A DNA stretch of 64,000 nucleotides from Entomortierella parvispora E1425 (Eukaryota; Fungi; Mortierellomycota), in assembly GCA_020891255.1 (NCBI GenBank), contig BQFW01000012.1, positions 2,356,001-2,420,000 on the forward strand. Direction: 5' to 3'. Shown piece after piece: positions 32,522-44,210 of the stretch. Each line of letters opens with the position of its first letter. The first letter of the stretch is position 1. The notes below the pieces were generated by a model. That model was not told where the DNA came from. It ran no database searches and saw nothing but the letters and a program-made list of their open reading frames with translations. Both the position numbers and the translations under genes were made by a program.

Positions 32522-34873
32522 ATGCTCCGACTAGCAAGGTCCCTTCCTTTCTTCAACCAACAGGAGGCAAACCCCGCCCAGTCCTTCATCCATCCAGCAA
32601 ACGGCTTCTCAATCTCGGTCCCCACCAAATGCAGTCTTGACAACTACTATGGGCCTGGCACCGTCTTCAACGGACAGCTGAACCTGCAGCTTGTCAAACA
32701 CATCTCTAGCCCCTGCCGTCTCAAAGTCATTCTCACCTGTTATCATACCATCCCCGAGGCACTTTCTCCCGCAGCGACACTGGAACATCAGCATTCAGAT
32801 ACTGTTAACCCCTCGTCTGCTGCTTCTGCTCCTCGCAACTCTTCGTCATCAGCTTCTTCGAGCCTATCCGCAGGCTCTGGCTCTGAGCACTATCAACAAC
32901 CGCACTTGCAATTGTTTACAGTTGAGCATGTTCTGGTCGAGGACCAGGCCCTCGTTGCAAAAAGACATTCTTATCTGTTCAACATCAAATTTCCTCGAGT
33001 GAACTTGCCGGCCTCGATGACCGTATGTGAAGAGACCATCACTTCACCCCCCACCCCCCATTGCTCAGTTTGTTGTTTGCTCCTGTTTGTTCTTTGGGAG
33101 AAAGAATACTAACTTTGCGTCATCTTTTTACTTTTCATTACTGAAAAATAATAGGATGGAGATCGGTCAGTCGCATATAGCATTCATGGAGAGCTTTCGT
33201 TCGAAACCAATGCTGGCGATATTGCAAGCAAAGGCAGCGTCTGCTCCCCTGCAGTGCACCTGAAGTATCTGCCTTTGGTGCCCACCTCGATTCCCCACTT
33301 TCCAGTGATCGAGATGGCACAGGTGCAAGACCCATACACGGGCCAGACTCTGTTCAAGGCCACGCTCCAGAGCCCTCAGCGTGGAATATGTCCAGGTGCG
33401 TTTGGTTTTTTTTTTGTCGACATCGACCCCATACTCTACTTTCTTGAGCACGAGCAAAAAAAAGAAGGAAAAAAAAGAGAGTTGAGGAGAGACCGGGCAA
33501 GCGGGGGAGGTGCTTAAACAGTGACTGACAACAACAACAAGAGCACAAAGTATAGTTGTAATGCCAGGAATTGGCTGAACTGGGGCGAGGATGGCGGCGA
33601 AAAACACAAAAAAAGTCCACATGCCCAAAATGCACAGAAAAGGGAGCAACGTTTTTCCTGGTAGCGCCAAAGCATGATACGGATTGGATTTGAGACATCG
33701 TCATTTCTTTTCATACCGTGGGCGCTTCTATCCATCAACATTCTGTTCATCCGTTCATCCTGCTTACCGCTTTTCACGTTTTCTCTTTTTAAACCAACTG
33801 TAGGCGAGTCCCTGCCACTGTCCATCACCCTAGCGAACGAGTCTGACACGGAATTGCAGTTTGTGCACCTTAGTCTCGTGCGTGTCATCTCTTACCCGAA
33901 TGCCGCGCCGACTCAAACCACACCCGCTCCAACCCCTGAACCCGTCACCGTTCACTCTGTGACACTCCCCATTACAAAAGCCAACAACAAGCAGTCGACC
34001 TGGGTCGAGGCGATCCAGTTCAAGGTCCCTTCCAATCTCGGATTGATCCCCACCACCAACAAAGTGATTACGCCACTCTACAAAGTCGACTATTACATAT
34101 CTGTTTCTTTGCCGGTGGCTAGTCGTCATACTGGACTCGCCAGCTGGTTCACTCCTGCCATAAAAGGACCTCCTCCCGTCGACATCTCTCTTATCCGCCC
34201 CAACACGGATGCTACTGCCACTGCGGGATCCAATGGAGCTGAAAGACGTCCCACCAGGAAAACCTCGGGCGACAAATTGATCAGGATCAATCTGCACCAG
34301 GATCGTATTACGACTGTCAACTCGTCAATGAAGTGGCCGACCCTGATTCAATTGCCTTTGGTGCCCGTCATCATTGGAACGGTGCCTTACAACGTCACTG
34401 AGCGACAGCTTCGGTGGCCTATCCCCAACTATCTGGACGTTATGGACCGACCCCGATTTGTGCGGGATCGATTTGAGGAGGAGATGATCCAGCACCTAAA
34501 GAGTCTTGAAAACATGATTGTTGACGAGGATGATGAGCAGGATATCGAGAATCTTGTGCGTGCAGCCACACGATCTGGTTCTTCGAGCGAAAGTGATGAT
34601 GAAGAACAGCAGAAGGCCAGCACGCGGATACCCCTTCGATTCAGGGACAGAGTCGCTCATCGTCCGGGATCGGGAGCTGGATTGGGAACACCGCCCCCTT
34701 CGCCTCCTCAGGGGTCGCCCATAGATACTATTGCGTCCGGAATACATACTCTCCCGAGAATGACCCGTCGATCCATGAGTCCCAGGGCAACTGGATTGGG
34801 AAAGGAGCTGTTGTTGGAGATGCATCATTCCAAGCTTCAGCAGTCTATCCAATCAGGACTTCATGACATGTAA
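32522..34873 (+). CDS. Arrestin-fold (alpha-arrestin-like) protein; 3 exons
   Basis: Exons 32522-33022, 33155-33395 and 33804-34873. Motifs YGPGTVFNGQLNL, YLFNIKFPRVNLPASM, GESLPLSITLANES, VDYYISVSLP and LVPVIIGTVP. Confidence 0.75.
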
Positions 34874-35335
34874 AGCCCTTCCATCTCTTTTCTCGCATTC
34901 TTTTATTTCTCTTTTTCTCACGATCGTCGTCCTTCTTTTGAATTGCTCCCCGATGACTGCATACCCATTCACCCACCCACCCTTCGCATTCGTGCTCTGG
35001 CAAGCAAACTAAGCGATTAGATATCAAGTGTACATGTATTGCCAGTTCTGTATTTTTTCTTCCCTCCCTCCTTCCCCCCATGTCCGACGACACCCATTCC
35101 ATCACATTGTACATATTAAAAAATGGATTCACAACAAAAATACCAGAACAAAAATGAGTACTTTGGATTGTTTAAAGAAATGAACAAATCGCTCAGAGCA
35201 GTGCAGCCCACATCTCATCCCCATTCCTCGGTTATCAACATTTGTTATTGCGAGATCAAAAAGTCGATCGAGTTTATTGCAGTGAAATGAATGAATGGAA
35301 AAAAAAAAAAAATCTAAAAAATTAGGTACAGGAAC

Positions 35336-38300
35336 TTAGAACCAAGCGCGGAAGAGGCGCAGGTACATCATCTTGGCGCCCTGGGTGACCAAGAAGTAGG
35401 AGCAGAGGGCTCCGACCAGGTAGGCGTAAAAGATGGCAGGCAAGCGAACAAAGCTCAAGAGCTCAGCAAAGACGTCAATATACGGCAAGACCACGACAAT
35501 GGTAGAGATCACGGCCGAGCCGACCATGACGGGCCAGGCAGGCATTGACTGAATAAAGGCAATCTTGGGCGAACGGATGACATAGATGACCAAGAGCTGG
35601 GACAAGGCTCCCTCTGTGAACCAGGCGGTCTGGAAAAGAGTCACCAAGGGAGAATCGGCAGTCTTGATGTCAAACTTGAACCACATGAAGAGGTAGGTGG
35701 TGATATCAAAGATGGAGGACCAAGGACCCATAAAGATCATGAAACGCAAGATGGAGCGAATGTTCCAACGATGAGGCACACGCAAGAACTCGGGGTCCAT
35801 GTGATCCCATGGGATGGTGGTCTGAGAGATATCGTAAAGCAAGTTCTGAGTCAAGATATGGATGGGCTGCATGGGCAGGAAGGGCAACCAGGAAGAGGCG
35901 ACCAGCATGGAGAAGACGTTTCCAAAGTTGGACGAGATGGCCATCACAATGTACTTCATCGTGTTTCCGTAGGTGGTACGGCCCAGCAAGACGGACTCCG
36001 CAATGACCAAAAGCGACTTTTCGAGCAAGATCACATCGGCAGACTCTTTGGCAATATCGGTGGCAGTGTCGACCGAGATACCGACATCGGCCTCGGAGAG
36101 AGCAGGGGCGTCATTGATACCGTCACCCAAGAATCCAACAACACGGTCCCTGCGCTTCAACGCGCGGATCACGAGCGACTTTTGAAGAGGAGTGAGCTTG
36201 GCAAAGATGGTGCCACTCTCGGCCAACTCGGCAATCTGTTCATCATCGAGACCGATCAAGTCCTCGGTCGAGACCACAGACTTGACGGGAAGGTCGATCT
36301 GCTGGCAGACCTTGCGGCAAACGGCGGCAGAGTCACCGGTGAGGACCTTGATCTCAACACCGAGCGACAACAGTTCCTTGATGGCGGGTCCAGTCGACTC
36401 CTTGGGAGGGTCCAAGAAACCAATGAGACCTGCAAAGACCATGTTGCACTCATCCCTGATTCCGTACTCGGTCTTGGTCTTCTCGATCGTGCGGTAGGCA
36501 ACGGCAACGACACGGAGACCATCCACGTTCAGGCCCTTGTTCATCTCGACCAAGTGAGCAATCATCTCGGGAGTCAAAGTCTGAACCTGGTCAGCCTCGG
36601 GTCTGTCCAAAAGATCCAAGGACAGCTGAGTGTCATCGGTAGTCTTGCGGTCAGCCATCTGAATGTCAACAGAGGCGCGTCCCTCACGGGGGATCACAAT
36701 CTTGGTGCAGATGCTCAACATCTCCTCGACGGCACCCTTGGAAACGAGCATAGCAGACTCATCAGAGATATCCTTCAAAACGACTGACATGCGGCGGCGC
36801 ACGAAATCAAAGGGGATCTCGTCCAACTTTTCATAGCGGGAAGCAAATACGACGGCAGCAGGGGTCAAGCCGGATCCCATCTCGTGCTCAGTCTCCATCA
36901 CCTCGTACGTGGGCAGAGCTGAGGCAGTCTTCTCAAAGTACTCGACAACGGCGACATCCAACAAGTTCTTGAGACCCGTCTGGAAGCGCGAGTTCAAGAA
37001 GGCCAATTGCAAAGAGTGAATCGAGGCCTTGCCGTGGTAATCCAAATGACGGACCAAGACGACTTTGTTATCAGTCAATGTACCAGTCTTGTCGGTGCAG
37101 AGCACGTCCATGGAGCCAAGGTTGATGATAGCATCCAAGTTCTTGACAATGCAACGCTTCTGGGACATCAAGTAGGCACCACGGGCCAAGTTCGAGTTGA
37201 CAATCATGGGCAACATCTCGGGGGTGAGTCCGACAGCGACCGAAAGGGCAAAGAGGGCAGCGTCTTTCCAGGACTGGTGAACAAATCCGTTGATCAAGAG
37301 GACAGGAGGGACCATGAGGGCCATGAGACCAAAGAAAACCCAGGAGATGTTTCGGACACCCATCTGAAAAGCGTTCTCGGGACGACGCTTCGCGAGCTCC
37401 TTGGCCATAGAGCCAAAGAAGGTCTCGGATCCAATCTTCTCGACCATGACCGTGGCAGTGCCAGAGACGACCGAGGTACCCATGTAGCACATGTCGGGGC
37501 GGCTGAGATCAATGCTCTCGTTCTCGTTGCTGGACTCGGGATCGAAGCGGCGGATACCCAGGCAGCGGGCGAAGGATCCAAGGATCGAGTTCTTGAGCGA
37601 AGAAGAAGAGGAGGAGCTCTCCTTCTTGGCCGACTCTTCAAAGGGCATCTTGACAGACTTGATCTCCTTGCTCATCTGGATAGCGGACGCACCCATAGGC
37701 ACGGCATCGTTGGCGGCGGTTTCATAAGAGTTGTTCTGGTTATGGATCCAAGAGTTCATGGCCTCGGAGGTGGCGCTAAACTTCTCGACGGGCATGGCCT
37801 CACCGGTCAAAGCAGCCTGAGAGACAAAAAGGTCCTTGCTCTCAATAACCTTGACATCGGCGGGGATCAAATCACCAGCCGAGAGCTGGACCCAATCGCC
37901 AGGGACAACGTCCTCAATATGGATATCCTTGCGGATCGTCGCCTTGTTCATGATACGGACAACATCTTCGGGGGTTGGGTCACGGGTGTCGGGGCAAGAG
38001 TACAAACGGGTAACGGTGATCAAAGTCGAGACCATGCTCTTCAAGCTCTGGGCCGCGGCAACTGATTTCCATTCCTGCCAGAATCGCAAACCGGTGGACA
38101 AGACCACCATGAAGTACATGACCGACGCGCCCTGGACATCGTCCGAGAGGATCGTGGCCGTACCCAAGATGGCCAAAAGAATATTGAAGGGGTGAACCAA
38201 AGCACGGAACAAGACCTTGTACCAGACCTGATCGTTACCAAACGAGATCACGTTCTTGCCATGGATCTCCTTTTGTTTTTCGACCTGCTCATTGTTGAGA

Positions 38301-38461
38301 GGACACAGGCCGTAAAACTCGGAAGAGGTGGGAAGAGCGGAAGTGATGGTGGTGATGGAGTGGACAGTGTCGTAGACAGTACCATGGTGGTTGCTGTAGT
38401 TGTTGTTGGTAACAGTGTCAGCGGCCTGGGTGGCACCAACTTTCTGGACAGAGGGGGACAT
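35336..38461 (-). CDS. mgtA: Magnesium-translocating P-type ATPase (P3B, MgtA/MgtB-like), intronless CDS of 1041 aa
   Basis: DKTGT phosphorylation motif, LTGE actuator motif, the MgtA-typical AVGLTPEMLPMI, KGAVEEML, GDGINDAPAL and NFGNVFSML. Confidence 0.92.
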   Translation of the reverse strand: MSPSVQKVGATQAADTVTNNNYSNHHGTVYDTVHSITTITSALPTSSEFYGLCPLNNEQVEKQKEIHGKNVISFGNDQVWYKVLFRALVHPFNILLAILGTATILSDDVQGASVMYFMVVLSTGLRFWQEWKSVAAAQSLKSMVSTLITVTRLYSCPDTRDPTPEDVVRIMNKATIRKDIHIEDVVPGDWVQLSAGDLIPADVKVIESKDLFVSQAALTGEAMPVEKFSATSEAMNSWIHNQNNSYETAANDAVPMGASAIQMSKEIKSVKMPFEESAKKESSSSSSSLKNSILGSFARCLGIRRFDPESSNENESIDLSRPDMCYMGTSVVSGTATVMVEKIGSETFFGSMAKELAKRRPENAFQMGVRNISWVFFGLMALMVPPVLLINGFVHQSWKDAALFALSVAVGLTPEMLPMIVNSNLARGAYLMSQKRCIVKNLDAIINLGSMDVLCTDKTGTLTDNKVVLVRHLDYHGKASIHSLQLAFLNSRFQTGLKNLLDVAVVEYFEKTASALPTYEVMETEHEMGSGLTPAAVVFASRYEKLDEIPFDFVRRRMSVVLKDISDESAMLVSKGAVEEMLSICTKIVIPREGRASVDIQMADRKTTDDTQLSLDLLDRPEADQVQTLTPEMIAHLVEMNKGLNVDGLRVVAVAYRTIEKTKTEYGIRDECNMVFAGLIGFLDPPKESTGPAIKELLSLGVEIKVLTGDSAAVCRKVCQQIDLPVKSVVSTEDLIGLDDEQIAELAESGTIFAKLTPLQKSLVIRALKRRDRVVGFLGDGINDAPALSEADVGISVDTATDIAKESADVILLEKSLLVIAESVLLGRTTYGNTMKYIVMAISSNFGNVFSMLVASSWLPFLPMQPIHILTQNLLYDISQTTIPWDHMDPEFLRVPHRWNIRSILRFMIFMGPWSSIFDITTYLFMWFKFDIKTADSPLVTLFQTAWFTEGALSQLLVIYVIRSPKIAFIQSMPAWPVMVGSAVISTIVVVLPYIDVFAELLSFVRLPAIFYAYLVGALCSYFLVTQGAKMMYLRLFRAWF

Positions 38462-40182
38462 TTTCAGCGTCTTAAGGAGGCTTGTAGGAGGACTGTGGGA
38501 GGATCATGGGAGAACAGACATGAAAATATGAGCCGAATGTTCAATTGAATGTAGGATCTGGAGTATAGGAAGTGAAGGTCTTTCTATCTTACCTTGATGA
38601 CACAGACGAGTTCTGTGCTGCGGGAGGATGTGAAGGTCGCCAGTGCTGAGGGCGAGGAACGGGTAAGGGGGCAAGTCGACGCCAATTCTTGGATACGATT
38701 TGATGGAGACTTGTGAGAAAAAGTGTAGCAGTGAGGTTTGCTGAGAGTAGGCTTTCTAGGAGTTGTGAAGGAAGGTGCGTGGGTGCTGCGTAACGTGTGT
38801 ATTGAGCAAAGAAGAAGAAAAGAGGAAAACAAAAAAAAGGAGGGGGATTCTCGTCGTTTTTATGAATACATAGTTCAATCAACAAGGTTTCCCCGGTGTC
38901 AGCTAGAGGGCGTTCCTGACAAGTAGCAAACAATGCTTTCCGAGATTTCCATAGCCAAATTCACCGGTTCTTTGCCAGGGTTGACCACTGGTGTCTCTCC
39001 AGAGTGACACCCTGATGTCCACTGCGGTACTCATCTTCCTGGCGTTCGACTGTGCCTCCCCCAGGTTTCACCTCATTTTCTACCCTCTCCGCCATTTTCG
39101 GGAGGGGTTTTTTTTGTTGTTTTTGGACCGAAGCTGGCTCGGTGCCTTGTTTCTCCCTTCGTTCTTGCTCGGGCTTGAATTAGGGTGTTACCCCAGGCGC
39201 ACAGGACAAGCAGAAATGTCCGACTCTACGCCCACGTTTTTCTTTGGTCGACTTTTGCTAGCTCGCCAGGTCAGCGACATGTTTCTGACTAAAACCAGAG
39301 AAGGTTTTCTTGCTCACTGCGGCTGCATCCAAAATAATCTGGGCGTACAACGCACGTTGCAAGGTCTCACTTGGGGCAAGAAACCAATGTTTGGTCAAGC
39401 CATTGGACGCCTAGACCCCATTATCGATGTCTGCACATCATCGAATTCCAGTAGTTGAGCTGTTGGTTGACTCTCCGAACTTGAAGAACGCCCTTTTTTT
39501 TTCCGGCCATGCTCGAGAAGGGTAAACCCATTAATGCTGCACTGTGCTTGAACCCAAGCATGAGTTGCCTAGAACCATTGGCGCGACTTGCCACCAAAAA
39601 TAACCCTCCCCCCTTTACGCCTTTCCACCAGTGTTTTTCTCTTTCCAGTTTTCACTTGTGCACATTCAGGCGGACCGCCAGGTGCGCATTCTCGATCAAG
39701 GGAGTGATGCAGACCTACTCCGAATAGGTTTTGTACGCCCCGGTTTGTGGTGTCAGTAGATCTGGAATCGAGGACAGAGTGGAACGGCACGGGTAGAGGA
39801 AGGCGCCATGGTCAATGGTCGATTCTTTTTTTTCTTTCTCTCCTGATATTCGATCATCACTCGCACACAAACTCCCCGATAGACATCATGCAATGAATGG
39901 GAGCAGCAATAAGCTCTCTGGTGATTTGGCGCGCCTCCTTCCGGAGGCTCAGTTCGGGCTTTCAGCCCCTCACGCGCAGAGTACTAGGAGTAAATCGGGG
40001 GACTCTCCGCTTCGCGCACTTGGGACTCCTTCTGAGGATTAGCTCGTGCCGTCGCGCTCACGTGATATAGCAAGTCACTATTGTAATTTTAAGTAAGGGT
40101 GGCTGCCTGCAGCATGCAAGGCACGTTGTTTCTCCATTCACATGCACAATACGTTTCATTGACAGCAAAAGCAGGAACGACC

Positions 40183-43100
40183 ATGGCCGCAACCTCACTC
40201 AAGATTTTCTGTATCATGAACGGCGACTCCATGTCGGAATCATTCTATGTCAAAATATCCCCCAACGATACAGTCGCTGATCTCAAGGTCGCCATTCGAC
40301 TAGCGAAATGGAATATATTGGAACACGACAACGCCTTCGACTTGAGGCTATGGCTCGCTACAGTCCCCATTGGAGAGGAGGACATGATGGAAATGAGTGA
40401 AGATAACGCACAGGAAAAGAGTGTCACCGTTACTCTCGATGGTCTGACCGACAAAGAGCAGCTATATTACCCGAGGAAAAGGCTTTCTAAAATCTTTTCC
40501 CAAGATCCTGACGACCACACGTACATTTTTGTTGAGAGATACAAAGGTAAGTTTGAGGGTACCCCAACTGGAGGGCAGCACAATGGTTGCCCAGGAGGTT
40601 TGATCTCATTTTGGACGCGCGGTCGTTTACAAAGTTGTGTTCAACGGCCAGGACTCGAAAGATAGTTCTGCTACTAATATGATCCCGTCCCCTTGCGCTG
40701 TCACCATATTTAGGGAAGAACGTGCAAGGTGCTCCGGTCCACGCAGATTTTCTAATGGACGTTGATTCAGGTAAGCGCATGGGTTCAAAGATGTTGAATT
40801 GGACATACAAAAGGTTTTCGACATGGCGATTTACTTATACCTCTACGCCTTGTTCATTCCTCTTTATCGCAGCTGCATCATCTTCTGGCTCACAAGGTTC
40901 TGGTTCTAGTCATCGGGTCGTTGGTAATTGTCGACTCACATTTTGAATCGCCTGTATTTGGCTTCTGCAACTCGTATCGGAATTCTAAACGCATTTCACT
41001 CTTTACACTTCTTTACATAGACGAACAGTGGCAACGGTATATTACGGCGCTTGAACTTGACTTTTTTGCGCTAGAGTCGATACACTACAAAAATCTTGCC
41101 AGTTTCCTGAAAAAGGATGCCAAGATTCCAACAACAGGCGGAGAAATGGACGGCTTGCCTTGCATACCTTCGAGGGATGACATAGGCGTCAGTCGGCCCA
41201 GTTTCCTCTTCCTCAACTTACCAGAACCGACCACGAAAACCAACTCTTCCAGCACTTCTGACAAAGCACTAACGAGGATACGTCGAAGTGCATTTCCTCT
41301 GCTTCCAATGTTTGGTGTCTCTGGGAGTGGGAAAACGAGGACAGCCATTGAGATGCTATGCAAGAACTGGGGCTTTTATTTCAACGGAAGCGACACAGAT
41401 TTGGGCTCTGAAGATTTGCTCAGTCTTATTATGACAATTCAGAACAAACGATACCGAACGAACGATCTGGAGGGCGTTACCCACGTTAAAATCCTGGCGT
41501 TGGCACTTGTCCTTGCTCGTATCATTATCTTGGATCGCTGCCTCGACATTGCACAGCAGGAAAATGTGGCGTTCACTTGCCGAGACTGGATGCTGCTGCA
41601 AGTGACTCCTATGGACACCGATGACATATTTTCTTCGCTTTTTATGCGTATTATGAATGACATCCAGAAGTATTCTCCAGACATCACGGCTGTAGCCCCC
41701 CTCACTCAGAAGCGCTTCTTTGATCTTCGCCATCGTCTTATGGACTCCTTCGAGATGCCCCAGAAAAACGGCTACAAAATCCTGATAGTGGTAGATGAGG
41801 CTCAGAATCTCGGCAAATACGCTTTCGGAGAGTTTCTTTCACAGAGTATGTCTGTCACAGATGAACAACGAGCTGCCGGTGCTGCGGTGCGACCGATTCT
41901 CTCCCCGTTTGTGCATGGGCTCTACCAGGTCTCTGAAACCCGGAGTCTGCTTTGCGTGGTCCCTTGTGGAACCGACCTCAGCATTTTTGATTTGGAATGG
42001 CTCACGGATTCAGCACCAATCGCAAAAGGCCAAGTAAACCGAGGACCCTTCATCGATTTCCAAGGCTGGGGATTGCTTAAAAGCGTAAAAGACTATCGAG
42101 ATTGCGTACGTCGCTCATTACTCAGTGAACATGCCAGAAGTGTTTTTGACGTCCGGGCGCCGGAGGAATCAGTGCCAGAGCTCTACAAACGTCTGCGTGG
42201 CCGCTTCAGACCCATTGTTTCCGCCATTGGTATGTACATTTGAACATCCGCAGACTTTGATATTTAGACAAAGAAAGTATGTAAGGAAATCTCCAAAGCA
42301 GGAGGGCTAACTGACTCAACTAATATGGATGACAGAGGTGATGCTTATGCCTAGTACGAACGATTGGAGAGACGCGATCAAGCAAATTGAAGAGAGGCTG
42401 ACGGTACCAGAGGGCATTTATTTTTACAAGGGAAATATCGCCTACGACATCAGCCGAATGATCAAAGCAGTTGCCTGTAATCCTCAACGATACGCCATAT
42501 ATCAGAACGTACAGACCGTTCTCAAGACCTTTGTTTTGCAACATTACTTGACCGGAAATCCTGTACTCTTAAACACACAGGAAGCACCACTCGTGGAAGC
42601 CTCTGTCGGGAGAATCCTTCTTTCTGACAGTGGAGTGGAGACGGTCCTTGATGAGCCATTTGCACTGCTCGCAGCCAAGAACTATTTCGAGAAATTTGAT
42701 CCGCAATTTCACAGTTGGATTGGTACGATGCTCAGTTCAGGAAGAAATGCATCAGTGCATGGAAACCAATGGGAATTTGCAGTGCTGCCAAGCCTGGCAT
42801 ATGCTTTCCATGGCAAGATTCTGTCCCAGACGGCGTTGGTACCAGAAGGATCTACTTACGATCCCATTCTGGGTGGCAGGGCCGATATTGTTGGATTCGC
42901 CAATCACCGTACTCTTGGAGTCACCCATGGAGGCGGCCATCGCGCACTGAACCTGGAACAATTTCTGGAAGCCCATATTTTCAATGGCTCCTACAGAGGC
43001 GGAGAGCAAGTGCCTCCTTTCTTCAGTCCACGTGAAGACATATCAGGACCCGATGTCGTATTTGTTCTTCATGTTGAAAGCCATGGCTACTGTCCTGTGT

Positions 43101-43564
43101 TTGTTCAGTTGAAGTTGCGACACTCCATGTCGGCAAAAAACACCAAAGGTGCCTTCAACACAGTCAATTCAAAGGCAGTCCAATGTCACATCGAGGTGGA
43201 CCTCGAAAAATTTTGTACCGGTCCTTCCCCAAGGTTCCTTGGTGTTGTCATTGCCTACCCGGCCGGGATTCCAACTGTTGACGGCACTTTCAAAGAGATT
43301 AGAAGAAGTCCGCGAAATCATCCTGCACCCGGAGAATTACGCAACGCACCCAAGTGTGTTTCCCTCAGAATTGACGAAAGTAACATTCGTCACCTTTTTC
43401 CAGAAAATCATATAATTATGCTGGATATTTTGAAGGATGTCAAGCGAAAACGGGAGGGCTATGAGCTGGTGGTGGATGAACCCAAGGCTAAGCGACTACA
43501 TGGTGACAAAAAGCCCAAGAAAGCGAGACAAACCCCAAAAAAACAGCGAAACCGACGCAGTTAG
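40183..43564 (+). CDS. Crinkler (CRN)-type protein: ubiquitin-like CR N-terminal domain + P-loop NTPase + PD-(D/E)xK REase-like domain; 5 exons
   Basis: Exons 40183-40546, 40714-40770, 40873-40923, 41021-42229 and 42336-43564, all phase 1. N-terminus LKIFCIMNG..SFYVKI...TVADLK...LRLWLA...TYIFVE. Walker A GVSGSGKT, Walker B ILIVVDEAQ, nuclease-like GPDVVF...VFVQLKL. Confidence 0.85.
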
Positions 43565-44210
43565 TACTGGGGATCGATATCAAGTTAATGGCACATAGCA
43601 AATCACTTGGGCTGAAGATTCCTTTATGGCAAGATCCTTCAAAACCAAGAAAATGACCAACGCTTCAAAATAAACTGCTCGAACTGCTCGAACTGCTCCA
43701 CGGAAAAAAAAAAAAAAGAGTCCTACAGTAAGCCCTGTTTTTTTGGGTCCCCCTCCCCAGGTTCCTTAGTATTCCCACTGTCCACCCAACCAGGCCTCCA
43801 GGTATCGAGGGCCGACTCATCAGTGGCGACTCGCTCTGTTCCTGAAAAAAAAAATGTCCAAGGCCTTCAAGAGGGGAGTTCTATTTTGGGGGGGAGGGGG
43901 GGGGGGCACCAAGTAGGAGCGAATGTGATTTGAGGCAACCCAAGTATCTTGACTGAAACGCCACTCCTCTTAGGCTGCGGCAGCCCAGGGGTGCTTCTGT
44001 CCGTGCCAATCTAGTCAGAGGGCTGCAGGCACCTTTGATCGAAGAGATCACGAAATAAATGGAAGAGGGGTCGCGTTGTGCCACGAAAAAAAAAAAAAAA
44101 AAAAAAGTTCAAACTGCGCCACGATGATGCGTGGCAACATGTCCTTCTTCCAGAAATGTGAATGGGGGCATACATGCAACATCTTTCCTCTCCTTGCATC
44201 TCCATCCACA

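Noticed and set aside
35771-38065. Long plus-strand ORFs (338 and 352 aa) opposite mgtA
   Set aside because: Antisense shadows caused by the strong C-ending codon bias of the real gene.
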